A stretch of 63,395 bases of DNA, counting the filler, from Choristocarpus tenellus KU-1152 (taxonomy: Eukaryota > Protista > Phaeophyceae), in NCBI GenBank assembly GCA_964200185.2. It is 12 parts of 12 records of this genome, joined end to end, with 100 filler letters (N's around TTAATTAATTAA, not from the genome) between each part and the next. Parts side by side here need not be neighbours in the genome. Positions count along the whole stretch, not along the records: positions 36,354 to 41,629 come from CAXNAD020011286.1; positions 41,730 to 46,839 come from CAXNAD020011835.1; positions 46,940 to 56,258 come from CAXNAD020003786.1; 9 more parts are not named here. One strand, given 5' to 3'. The notes under the pieces were generated by a model. The model was not told where the DNA came from. It saw nothing but the letters and a program-made list of their open reading frames with translations, and made no database searches. Each line of letters begins with the position of its first letter. The stretch's first letter is position 1. The translations under genes and the position numbers were made by a program. Positions 37,022 through 48,799 of this stretch are shown one piece after another.

Positions 37022-39544
37022 GATCCCCTTCCCTAGCCCTCGGGATTTGGTAGTGTAGAGGTGGGGCTTTCATATTTTGAATTAGGTTTGACTGATTTTG
37101 GTTTGCGAAAAAGGACTTTGTGGGGGGCTGAGAGGTAAAGATCTTGTACTGGCCAACCTCTTAAACAGTTTTAACGGCACAAATATATGCACCAGCTACG
37201 CTAAGAAAAACATTGACAGGCAGGCACTACTGAGTAGATGGTGGGGACTCGGTTTGAATGGATAAAGTGCAAGGTTCCATCATTAGGTTTTGAATGGACT
37301 GGTGATCGCTCTCCAGATACTCTGTAGCTTCGGAGCATTTTTGAGATTTTTCTGTGTAGGAGATGACGCTCACCGTGTTCACCTTTGAGGGGTATATATG
37401 CGTGCGCTTGTGTGTGTGTGTGTGTGTTTGATTAATTAATGTCGAAATAAATCAACCGTTGTATATATTTGTACACTATAGAGAGAGTGAGAAAGATAGA
37501 AAGAGAGAAAGATACTGCTTGCTCTAGTCCCTTTCTGTTGCATTAATTTAGTGCTTGACATGTGTGCCCGCTTTCAGGGGTAACAGGTTTGGGATTCACT
37601 CGTGTTGTAACAACAAACAAACCGAGTAGGCTGGAAGTGTTTGTCTCATTTCACCTTTGGTTTGTCATCGTTAACACGCTGAAGAAGAAATTTCAGAGGC
37701 TGGCCGTCGACTCATCCGGAAATTTACTGTTTTCCACTGTTTTTTTTGTTTTTGTTTTTGAAATCAGTAGTCGGCGGAGCATTACGATGCTAACCCTAAC
37801 CCTCCAAATGAATAGTACGATTCTACATTTATCATCAATCTCAATTTATCATCAGTCTACATTTATCATCAATCCACATTTATCATCAATCTACAATTAT
37901 CATCAGTCCACATTTATCATCAATCCTCTCACTTGCACATGCGTACATTGCCATACCATACCACCGGCTAAACTGATGTTCTACTTGAAAGATTGGTCTT
38001 CATTGTGATAAGGTAAGTAAGTGAGAGGCTCTCACCGAACACACACCCATAATTTTTTTTGTTCTCTCTCAAACCCCCAATGCTATTTTTTGTAAGTGAT
38101 TCGTAAGTATTTCAATAGAGTTGACAAAAACGATAATATTATATTCCTCCCTGCAATTCCCACCCCTTTTTTTTTATTTTTAAGCACACGATCGATCAGC
38201 GTAATATATATTTCTCTTTTTTTTGTAACGAATGATTTTTTTCTTTTTTCTTCAAGGTGGATGATTATGCTCCGGAAGTTGTCGCGAGCTTGGGGACCAA
38301 CGAGGAGGGGGGACAGGAAGGGTCAACAGCACCACCACGTGAGCAATCGAAGTTTGTGTTCTAGGTCAAAGCGGGCAAAAGGGAGAGGGGCTTGGGGATG
38401 TCGACGACAATTCCCTGTTTGGTCATAGTTGTTCCGACAGTATTTTGAGCGCCTCTCTGCTAAGAGGAGGTAGTGTTGGGCAGACACTGATGGTGTGTGA
38501 GATTTTGTTTAGGTTTGAAGGAGGCAGAGGAAATGGTAAGGAATAGTAATATGCTGTATCAAGATGAAGTAGGTATACCTTAGTGTGTCTTTTGGGGAAA
38601 TGTGCTTGTTTCTCTGTGTTGTTAGGAATGGTTTTGAATATAGTCCGGCAATTAAATCGATGACCTATGCATTTTTTCTGCCTGTTAGGGTTTTGTATAT
38701 ATTGTGAGGGATGGAGGAAGGATGTTCATAGGAGAGCGCCACAGGAAGGGCTTCCTAGGATGTCAAACGTAATACTTGAGCTGTGTTGATAGACTAGCAT
38801 TCTGGTTGCAGTGTAGAATGAGGGATTGTGAAGCAATTGTGTTTTTCCAAGCGTTGAGCCAATCCATCACACCTTAGCCTATCTGCTTATTCAATGCAGA
38901 TGGGTCTTGCATGGACTCTTTGCGTCTACCTCGGGGAAGTAAATGTAGAAAAGATGGAGTTGGCAGAATACAATAGTAGGGAAAGAAACTGATGATGGTA
39001 TGAAGTATTTAATATATACTGTCATTGGTATATATACTAAATATACACATGTAATGTATACATGTAGAAGGTACACATGTATATTGTCGGTGTACCGTCT
39101 ACATGTATATATTAGTCAGATATGTCCATCCCCCCAATATCTTGTTGGGGGGATGTGCGATTTCTCCTCTAAATTCTTTTAGGATGCTTTCTTCCCTTGT
39201 TTTCGGACAAGCTGTCGTTAGTGCATATGATCAATTAGTTCGCTTTTCGGCATCTTTCCCCCCCCCCCTCCCTTATCCCTAATCATAAATGCCATAGAAG
39301 GGACTATGGAAGCAGTCAAGACGGCCAAGGATGCTGCTGCAGACTTAGCAGCGACTGCAGCAGCAGCAGCTAGGTTTGCTGCAGCTGCTGTGGCTGGAGC
39401 AAAGGCGGCAACCTCGAAGACGGGGATGGGGATGGATGAAGATGTGGAAGTTGGTGGGGAAGGGGGGGGGGCAGGAGGTGAAGGTGGTGGGGGTGGGCTT
39501 GAGCTGGATGGTGCCATAAGGAGGGGGATTGCCAGGAGAAGTAG
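36607..39544 (+). CDS. 5' exons of a multi-exon gene, possible N-terminal LisH motif
   Basis: Exons 38257-38338 and 39298-39544 splice in phase (VDDYAPEVV...STAPPQGTMEAVKTAKDAAA...). Putative upstream exons 36607-36663 and ~37360-37391 give MNDCIEVVVFRFLVENSLE(E)MTLTVFTFEG, LisH-like; the connecting exons are unresolved. Confidence 0.5.
37845..37925. repeat. Short tandem repeat atttatcatca(a/g)tc, about 5 copies
   Basis: Visible 17-19-bp periodicity. Confidence 0.7.
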
Positions 39545-41256
39545 GTGAGAGTGTGTTTGGGTTTAGGTTGAGGTGTGGTTATGGTTGTGGTAGTGGTTGT
39601 GGTTGTGCTTTCAGTACAGTTGCATAGATATGGTTGAATATGTTCCCGCTTTTTTTGTAGAGCTGGAATAGTGTTCGGGTGTGTAGTAGGGAGGTTGTCA
39701 AGTATGCAATAGTTAATCAGTTCGTGCTGTTTAAAATAGATATGAGCACGATTTTTTGTTTTGTTTTTGAAATGGCCTCACACAGCAGTTTTCCACTTTG
39801 TGTTTTCTAAGTTTTCTGCAAAAGGTTTGGGGATTTTTTTTTTAGTGAGACCATGTCACAACCATCAACCACTGCAAGATGTTCTGACATTTGAATTTCC
39901 GCTGGCGACGCTACGTTGTCACCACATCAGCTATCTACCAAAAAGATTTTCAATTATTCTTATTCAGGTATACAAATGTACGGCATTTGAGTGTTTTATA
40001 GCATCAAGTGATAAGTTTTGTGCTGGTTTCTCCAGGTATGTTGAAAAGTGAATCAGAAAGTAATTGTGCAAATACCCTATTCATTCTTGGTGTGTATGAT
40101 ATCAATGCTATGTACTAGGTTAGGGTTAGGGTAGCTAGGTTCATGTCAATATACTGCGGTATGGGATCCCTGGAGGGGGGGGGGGGGCAGACTTTTGTGG
40201 CAGAGTAAATCAAATTAGTGTTTTTATTTTTTTGAAGTGTGATTAAGTTGTAGAACTGTATCTGTTGTCTCTGTTTTTCTGTGTGTACTTTTGTTTGGGG
40301 TTGGGGTCTTGTGAAAAGAAAGAAAAGAAATGGCATCGAGATGTTTGGGAAAGAATTTGTTGCAGGGTGTGGTGTGGGACTTGGGGTTGATTTAGGTTAT
40401 TCGTGACTCATTTTTTTTTATATGGTGACAAAGAAAAAGTAAAAATTAAGAGTTACTGATAGGTGAGGTGAGGTGCCTTGGCTGTTTTTTAAAGAAGATT
40501 TAGAGATACGTGGAAAAGGGGCATCAGTAAGGATTGTTTGCTTCTGCAAACTGAATGAACCAAAAAAACATCCAAAATATACTCTGCGTATGATTGCAGT
40601 GTGTTTCAAAACATGTGCCACCAGAAATTCGCAGAGACCCTTGTAAATGAGTATGTTGGTTTAGTGTGATGATGTGTTTTGGTTGATTGTTGATTAGGAA
40701 GGCGTGCAAGAGTAGAGTGTTAGTTGAAAGGGGTTAGGGTTAGGGTTGGGGTTAGCATCATAGTATTTTGTAGTAATGGGTTGAATTGTGTAATTAATGC
40801 ACATGCACACAGCACCTCTCTAGTAAACCCTCTGTAGGGATGCCCATTACGGTATATTTTCATAGTTTGTGAGTATATATGTATACATGTATGACATAGG
40901 CAGTACAGATAGAGGTATGAGGTCCAAAAAATATATTTATGGTTTTTCCTAGCCTGACTCTGAACCCGGTCTCATTATCTGACTGTGTTGCTGCATTGAA
41001 ATGCGAAAGAACCATTATATATACATATATATATATATATGTATATATGTGTATATATGTATCTGTTAGTTTTGTGTTGGTTACCACTGTGACTGTTGAT
41101 TATCCTCACGACCAATACTTCCCCTGGTATCTCGATTTTTGAAGGACTTGAACAGAGATAGGAGGTTGGTGTGTATTCTCACAGACCAGGTCTGAGATAT
41201 TGAATTGTGTCTCTAGTTAGCGGATTGGAATTCTGTTCTGTGGGATTCAACGCCTC

Positions 41257-41378
41257 TGAAATGAAGTGAAGTGAAGTGAAGTGAAATGAAGTGAAGTGAA
41301 GTGAAGTGATGTGAAGTGAAATGAAGTGAAGTGAAGTGAAGTGATGTGAAGTGAAGTGAAATGAAGTGAAGTGAAGTG
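41257..41378. repeat. (GAAGT)n pentanucleotide microsatellite
   Basis: About 24 units with GAAAT/GATGT variants. Confidence 0.95.
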
Positions 41379-41729
41379 GCCGAGGCAACTTAGGAGCTAC
41401 CCCAAAAAGCAAAAAAATGAAACTTGGGTTTGCTAGTATAGTGGTTACTTGCTATCAATGACCAACAGTACTAGTGGGGTGTGGGGTTGATTTGTTTGAA
41501 AAGTCCAAAACCCTATAAATGGCAGTTGGATATCTGGTATATTTTTGAGCGTTTGACACCTTGGGGTGTTTTCACAAGTGGTCTGTGTGGGACTCATCCC
41601 TTCCTCTACCCCCCCTCCTTCAACCTTTGNNNNNNNNNNNNNNNNNNNNNNNNNNNNNNNNNNNNNNNNNNNNTTAATTAATTAANNNNNNNNNNNNNNN
41701 NNNNNNNNNNNNNNNNNNNNNNNNNNNNN

Positions 41730-41750
41730 CCCCCCCAGATACTTTGGCCC
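41730..41750. mobile_element. MITE family B terminus at contig start
   Basis: cccccccagatactttggccc. Confidence 0.6.
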
Positions 41751-42062
41751 TGTTGTAGAGTAGGAGCTTTCTCAGTAGTCCCACGCTCTGGAGGGATTGC
41801 CTCTCTGTTTATCCTATATTAAATGCAGGCTTATATCATGGGTGGGGCCCACCTTGTCAGTAACACCGCAGCTGGTCTGAGGATACTATGGCTGAGAAAT
41901 TTTGCAGTCCTCTGGTAAACCTGACAGAGAAGGTTCTAGAAACGTTCATCTTGAAGAACCAGCTCTGTTGGTGGTACTGCTCGAAACAGTACATAAAGTC
42001 TGCGCTCTGTGAGAAGTGGATCTTTTTTCTTGTGAAAGTAAGTGTATGAAGGTAATTGCTGA

Positions 42063-42325
42063 GAGTGAAAGTATCTTAGGGTTAGGGTATGAGTTTTGCC
42101 CTGTTTGTCCGATTGGGGTTTGACTTCCCGAGGTTCTTTCATGGCATTTTACCTACTCCAAAATGTTTAAGAGTAGGTAAAATGTATACGTCATGAAAAG
42201 GTGTGTCCGGAACAAGGATATTGACACTTCCTAACAAACACGATAGCCAAAATTTCATCTAAATCACAGCACTGGATTTTGGTCCCCAAATGGACGCGGC
42301 TCTACCCTCTAAGATAATTTGACTC
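42063..42325 (+). mobile_element. MITE family A with telomeric repeat in left TIR
   Basis: Full-length copy; flanks ctga/ttga; left TIR reads tcTTAGGGTTAGGGta. Confidence 0.9.
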
Positions 42326-42567
42326 TTGAGGTAGTAGAACCAGCAGTTTATACATCTGTCATTCAACAAATTGTTTCCGCTTTGAAGGATGAGCGTATTT
42401 ATTCCCTCAAGAGCTATGATATAGGGGTGCCAGGGATGTTCCACTCTGACCGCCACCTGAGTGAAGTACCCTGACATTTGGATGTGCAGTGAGAGCACCA
42501 AGTTTTTGTTTTGAATGAAATAAGGGCGATGCTATGATCCGGCCTTACCCTTTATTTTTCTACTCTT

Positions 42568-42840
42568 AAGTCGGACTGTAAAACAGGTTCAGAGCACTTG
42601 AGGTTTTGTCCATTTTTTCATTTTAAGCCACTCTCTTCCATCTATTGCCATTCAAACCTAATTTCTATGGATGAAGTGCTCAGATTGACCTGAGAGCATT
42701 GATTGCTCTGTTGTTTGAACGTCTTCCACAGTTTCAAGAAAAGTTCCTACATGCATTTATTTGTACAACAAGCCGAGCTTTTGCACATTTGTCAGCATCC
42801 TTAAAATGCAACCTTGAGTGTCTCTCGCTTATTCTGGCTA
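42568..42840 (-). mobile_element. MITE family C, degenerate
   Basis: tggatgaagtgct and tttgtcagcatccttaaaatgcaac are reverse complements of the family C core. Confidence 0.65.
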
Positions 42841-42954
42841 TAATACTTTTAAGTGAGATTGAGGGGTATGATTCGGAACATGAAACAGAAAAGGAGGAGC
42901 AAATAGATCAACAAACGAATAGCCTCGATCCTTGTTTTTTTTATTGTTGCTTTA

Positions 42955-43215
42955 GAGTCAAAGTATCCCAGAGTGTGTACGAGTTTTGCCCTGTTTGTCC
43001 ATTTGGGGCTTGGCTTCCCATGGGTTCTTTTATGACATTTTCCTACTCCAAAATGTTTAGGGTTAGGTAAAGTGTAAATGTTATGAAAAGATGTGTCCAG
43101 GACAAGGATACTGACACTTCCTAACAGACACGATAGCCGAAATTACATCAAAATCGCAACATTGGATTTTGACCCCCAAATAGACGCGGCTCTACCCTCT
43201 AAAACACTTTTATCT
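42955..43215 (+). mobile_element. MITE family A with telomeric repeat in internal hairpin
   Basis: Full-length copy; 43057-43067 reads TTAGGGTTAGG. Confidence 0.85.
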
Positions 43216-43338
43216 ATTTATTTTGTTCTATTGGGTCAACAAGATTAATTTGCCCATAAAATCTCCCCTATCCCCTATCCCCTCAATGACTATGTTGTTG
43301 TCAATCCGGACTAGATTAATATTGGATATATTTTATAT

Positions 43339-43596
43339 GAGCAAATGTGTTTCTGAGGGTACGAGTTTTGCCCTTTTTATCCGTTTTTGGGCTTGGCTTC
43401 CCACGGGCTTTAAAGACATTTTCATACTCCGAAATGTTTTGGAGTCGGTGAGACGTGTATGTTATGAAAAGGTGTGTCCAGAATAAGGATATTGACACTT
43501 CCTAACAAACACAATAGCCAAAATTAAATCAAAATCACAACATTGGATTTTGGCCCTCAAACGGACACGGATCTACCCTCCAAGATACTTTGACTC
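43339..43596 (+). mobile_element. MITE family A, complete
   Basis: TSD ATAT at 43335-43338 and 43597-43600. Confidence 0.9.
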
Positions 43597-44784
43597 ATAT
43601 TGAATATATTTAATATTGAATATTACAGTTTGTTGTTTCCAAGTTTCAGGTATACTTTTTTCATTTTCCCCCAGGTCGTCCGTGCGCCCGCCTGTCTTTG
43701 TTTCATCCTTACTCCAATGACAATAACACCTAGTCCACCTCTGCACCTCAAATTGAAACCTTGAACAGGAGCAGGAAGTCAAGTTTGCCAGTGCAGCTGA
43801 GACCTATAGAGTGAGGGAAAATCAGCTGCGGGTGTACTTGATGGATGCCACGCCCAGAGCACAATCTCAGCAGTCACACCACCGAGTTAATCGCCACCCC
43901 CAGTATACTCAATAGGATGTCCTCATGGTCCAGTAGAAATGAATCGGTCAATGTCAAGAGGGCTTAGTAAGCAGTTCGATCTGTACATCAACAGCTAGAA
44001 TGACCCTGAAGCCCATTGCAATATATATATATATATATATATATGCAGCATACATAAAACAAGTCTTGTGGCTCTGCTTTGTGAAAAATAATATGTAAGT
44101 AACGTTCACTACAACAATATGTAAGTAATCTTCACTACAACTACTAGTGCACATACAGTTTGTTGCCTCTTGGTCTCCTTGCACCACTATGCAAGTGTCA
44201 GAAATAAACAATTCCGCTTGTTGCATATTTTTATGTTGCAATAGCTAAATGTTCTCACTCCCGTTGGTGATGCATGTGTATGATTTTGCAGTACGGTCTA
44301 CTACTTCCACCATGTGTGTGATGGTCGTATAGTAGATTAAACTTTCATAGTGTTGGGTACTTTAGAGCACAAGAGATTCACCTCCCCATATTTTGCCAAA
44401 GTTTATGTGTGCCTTCTGCACCTAGCTATAAGGACTTGAGCACAATAATTCTCGACCAAAAAAGGTTTACCACTGGAATAGTTGGGACCTGAATAGATGG
44501 ATTATCTAAACTTGCTATTATCATTACATAGTTTTGCTTAAAATAAGTAATGCCGACAGGGTGTATTGTGATCCTGATCCCAATTGCTCTTGAACAGAGA
44601 ATGGAGTACATAAGCATCTCGTATGACAAAAACAATTGAGTTTAGTGCAACTGGTTTGGTAGAAAGATGGATGGATGGATGGATGGATGGATGGATTGAC
44701 TAAATATACAGTGAGTATTAGTAGCATCGCTATCATTGATGTAGGGTTACCAGGTACCTGCCTTCCCCGAGACAAACACAGAAA

Positions 44785-45065
44785 GACCCAAAGCATTTAA
44801 GAGAGTAGGAGTTTTGCCCTATATTTCCTTTCAGGGCTTGGTTCCCACAGATTATTTGTGCCCTTTTTCGGTTTTCTGTGTGAACACTGTTACCTACTCT
44901 GGAATGTCTTGGGGTAGGGAAAATGTATACGACTATGAAAGGTGCGTCCGGAGCAAGGATATTGACACTTGTTAACAAACACGATAGCCAAAATGAATGA
45001 AAATCGCAACATTGGATTTATGACCCTGAACAGACGCTGTCCTACCCTCTAAGATACTTTTGGTC
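44785..45065 (+). mobile_element. MITE family A, diverged, with extra internal sequence
   Basis: gacccaaag...taccctctaagatacttttggtc; the body aligns to the family consensus. Confidence 0.8.
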
Positions 45066-46768
45066 AAATATTGTTCCTACGGAAAACGTGTACCAGTATT
45101 ACAAGCCGACCCTGTGCTACTACATTATTGCAGGAACCTCGCATCAAAGAGTGAGAAATGAATCTTGAAGCTTCTATACACAACAAAATAACAGGCATAC
45201 TTCTCCTGTGGCTTGCAGTGCCTCTTATTGTAGACAAGGGGTTGCTTTGTTCGTGCTATAGTGTGTACCCCTGCCTATCCTGCATTCCCTGTTCCTATTG
45301 ATTCCTCCTAGAATACATATATTTAACTATACACACATTCCATTCCCGCTTCTCTGTTCTCCCTCACCTTTTACATTTGTGAGCGTCAGTATTTGCTGCA
45401 ACACCATCCATCATGGCTCACTTCCCCACTACAGCTATCCATACTGCTTGATGATGAAAACATGAAACGCTCTATCACATAGAATAAGCAGAAATATAGG
45501 AGGGATCGTGTAGAAACTATACATGCATGCATTCCAGCTTTGAAGAGTGGTCAGGATATTGTGTACCAAACCTTTGATCTATCTTGAAGAAAGAGAAAGG
45601 TAATTCTGGTGCTCGCTTGCTTGGTGTCATGCTGCTAATACGCAATATGTGTATACTTACTGGAGGAATTTTCCAGCCAGCTCGCTTTCTAAAACCTTCT
45701 CTTGTGCATGAACTCGATGATCAATCGTTTCTTTGACCTGGGCTCGAATGGTTCAATATATCGATTTCATTTGTAGTTCTTTTTCAGGTAATGATGCATT
45801 TTTTTTGTGTTTCTGTCAAAAATTTTACATTTTTGATGTGTAAGCTCAAAAATTGTGGGGCAGTAGACACATTTCTATTTACAGTAGGTTTGATTTAACC
45901 CTATCTGATGCACCATCCTCTAATTTTACATCCATCAACCATTTTCTATTATTATCGCATGTTCATAAATTATTGTTCGCATTTCTTACAACTATTTTTA
46001 AAGGTTATACCCTCAATATTCCACATGTAAGACATCATTATACATTCACATTAAACTGCTCTCACTTTCGTGTTGTGGATATGACATGTGTTACGTACTC
46101 CGAGTATTATGTTTTTTGGACTTGAGTGTTACCATGCATAATACACGAATGTAATTTTCCGTACGTAGTTTTCCGATTCACCTGTTGTGGGTAGTAACAT
46201 ATCGCACTGGGTGATACGTCATCAAGGTGTGAACACTGTAGAATTTGACCTTGTCAAAATTTGAAAGCATGAAGATTATTTGAAGAACCCCTCGGCATTT
46301 TCGACTACAGATATAATAAGGAGATGTGCTTTCCAGAAAATTTCGTTGTGATCTGTGCCGAAAAAAGCTAAATATTGATGAGGGTAGGTGTAGAGCGTAA
46401 AACATAAATACAAGTGATTCCCCCTCTGTATCACCTGGATTCATGATCAGAAAAAAAATAACCACTCAATAGACATACACACAAAGCACATCGATTGGTG
46501 TGTGAATCCACAGCTTTCATGAATGTGAGTTTAAGCCACATTGAAAATTTTCAATGTACTGCGTAATTGTAATCAAATCGTGTCGAACCACGTAAGGCGA
46601 CCTCTCACAGAGTTCACAAACTCACAACAAGAAAATCAGCAAAAATTACCCAGCGATTTTCTGTTGGTTGTAATCTAATCAAATCGCAGTAGTGATTCAA
46701 CAGGAAATGGTCAAGTATAATACCATACAGGCCCTCTATATGTCTTCACCTTCCAGAACATACACATA

Positions 46769-46839
46769 TAACAGGGGATTCGCAAAATTGAGGATGGAGC
46801 GGGACTATGAGGATGGTTGTTTTGCGAAAACGGTCTTAA
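46769..46839 (+). mobile_element. Terminus related to family D
   Basis: ta|taacaggggattcgcaaaattgaggatggagc...tgaggatgg shares the terminus and both tgaggatg boxes. Confidence 0.55.
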
Positions 46840-46939
46840 NNNNNNNNNNNNNNNNNNNNNNNNNNNNNNNNNNNNNNNNNNNNTTAATTAATTAANNNNN
46901 NNNNNNNNNNNNNNNNNNNNNNNNNNNNNNNNNNNNNNN

Positions 46940-48780
46940 TCTCCTTTCTTACACCTTCCTTACTTCATGTACAACCTGTTCTACATAATAAGGAAATAAT
47001 CGAGTTATTTACACACACAAGTCCTGGGAACACCAGTTTCTTTAACACCATCCTCCTCAGAAGATGACGAGACACCAGTACCAGACCGGCCTTCCGCGCT
47101 ATTTGAGAGTGCAAAATTGCACAACTCGGAGAGATTATTGACCAGGAGTTGGAGTCGATCTGGGTCATGGTTATCTCCCAGGACGGTGCATGTAATTAAA
47201 TTGCCTCCCCTCTGGGTTTGAAGGTTGGCAACCGCGTTTTCGTGGTCAACACGGGTCTTTTCGCTGAGGTCATCGTCTAGATCATGAACGGCCTGGACCT
47301 TCCCAAATGGCGTGACCATGATGGTTTTTACTTTTGTGACCTCTGCGACAGGAGGTTTAGTGGACAGCAATAGTGGAAGGGGTTAGGCGTTAGAGTACAA
47401 TCCAGGATCCGTTGCAGACACTTCGTTGCGATTATCTAAGGATTCCTCTATTTTTTTCGTGTATGATGGGATCCTCGAGCACTTAAAAGACTGAGTCTAC
47501 AGTGTGACACGGACCCAATATGGCGTCCTCATAGCTTTCTGGTATATGTCCTAATTTAGTTAGGAGTGGGTATTCAAGCGCACTGTTGTAGTGGACGTAA
47601 TGCAAAGGTATAGAGGTATTGGACATCGATAATGGTACCCAAAATAGATCTGTAGGATTACTGGTCTGTTAGGCGTTAGAGTACAATCCAGGATCCGTGG
47701 CAGAGACACTTCGTTGCGATTATCTAAGGATTCCTCTATTTTTCTCGTGTATGACGGGATCCTCGTGCACAAAAAAAAGGTTGAGTCTACAGTGTGACAC
47801 GGACCCAAAATGGCGTGCTCATAGCTTTCTGGTACATGTCCAAATTTAGTTAGGAGTGGGTATTAAAGCGCAATGGGTTAGGGGACGTAAGTCAAAGGTA
47901 CAATGTTATTGGACATCGATAATGGAACCAAATAGATCTGTAGGATGACTGGTCTGAAATGGTGAGGTGTGACTTGGATGGCAAATTTCTGTGCTTGGGC
48001 TTAGGCGCCTGATGTCGGTGTCACAGGTGAAAAGTGGAGAAGGTTGCGCAATAGTAATCTGTGTGCGTAAGAGTGTCCAGGATTGGGAACTGAACGAGAG
48101 AGACAAGACACTGTGTTTGAGGAGGGCAAAGGTTTGTGATGTAGATATAGTTGTATGTTGTACGATGCTTTGGTAGCTTGTCTTTGTGTTCGTCGCTGGC
48201 CATTAGGGTTACACCCTTGGAGTATTTCACGATGTCGAAGAATAGATAACCCTTTTCAACACCTTGCAACACGAGGTCCTTTATCACCTGACAAATTTTC
48301 AGGGTTTGGAGAACGTTGATCAGAGGGGTTGTCGAGTTTGTGAAATGTAAGGAATGACAATACGAACGACAGTCCAGAGCAGAACCTTACACCCCTGCGT
48401 ACCTCTTCGGGCAGGGTGTAATTATTCGGAGTCCCGTCGGAGGAGTCTTTGGCATTGGGGTCGATCCCGAGCTTGTCCTTCTCTTTGAGGTTGTTCATGA
48501 CCTGGATAGCGACCCCTCGAGGACAGCCCCTTCGATGAGGACACGCTGAAGGTGCATCCTCCCTAGGTATGCACGTCATAGCTTGGAGGTATCGAGTGGC
48601 AAATCGGTTTTTGACGCGGATTCCAAGGTGACATCCGCGGTCCCGGGTGAATTTTTCTTCCCCTTCCCTCGTCCCCTCTTGGGTTCATCCTCACAGGGGT
48701 TGGTCTGGGGCCGTTTGTTCCTTTGACCTCTCAGAGTCTTGGAGAACTGCCAGGGAGGAGTGAATGGGGAGTGGGCAAGT
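46940..48780 (-). pseudogene. Degraded ORF, possibly LINE ORF1-like
   Basis: Collinear minus-strand ORF pieces (48579-48256, 48287-48021, 48106-47956, 47381-47005); TPFGKVQAV resembles the RRM FGKV motif of L1/Tx1 ORF1. Weak assignment. Confidence 0.3.
47382..47955. repeat. Head-to-tail dimer of a ~286-bp unit inserted into the ORF
   Basis: Units start gttaggcgttagagtacaatcc at 47382 and 47668 and end ctggtct. Confidence 0.9.
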
Positions 48781-48799
48781 TCATGAATTGTGGGTCAAC

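Noticed and set aside
44100-46700. Autonomous partner of the MITEs
   Set aside because: Degraded sequence with no readable catalytic motifs or matching termini.
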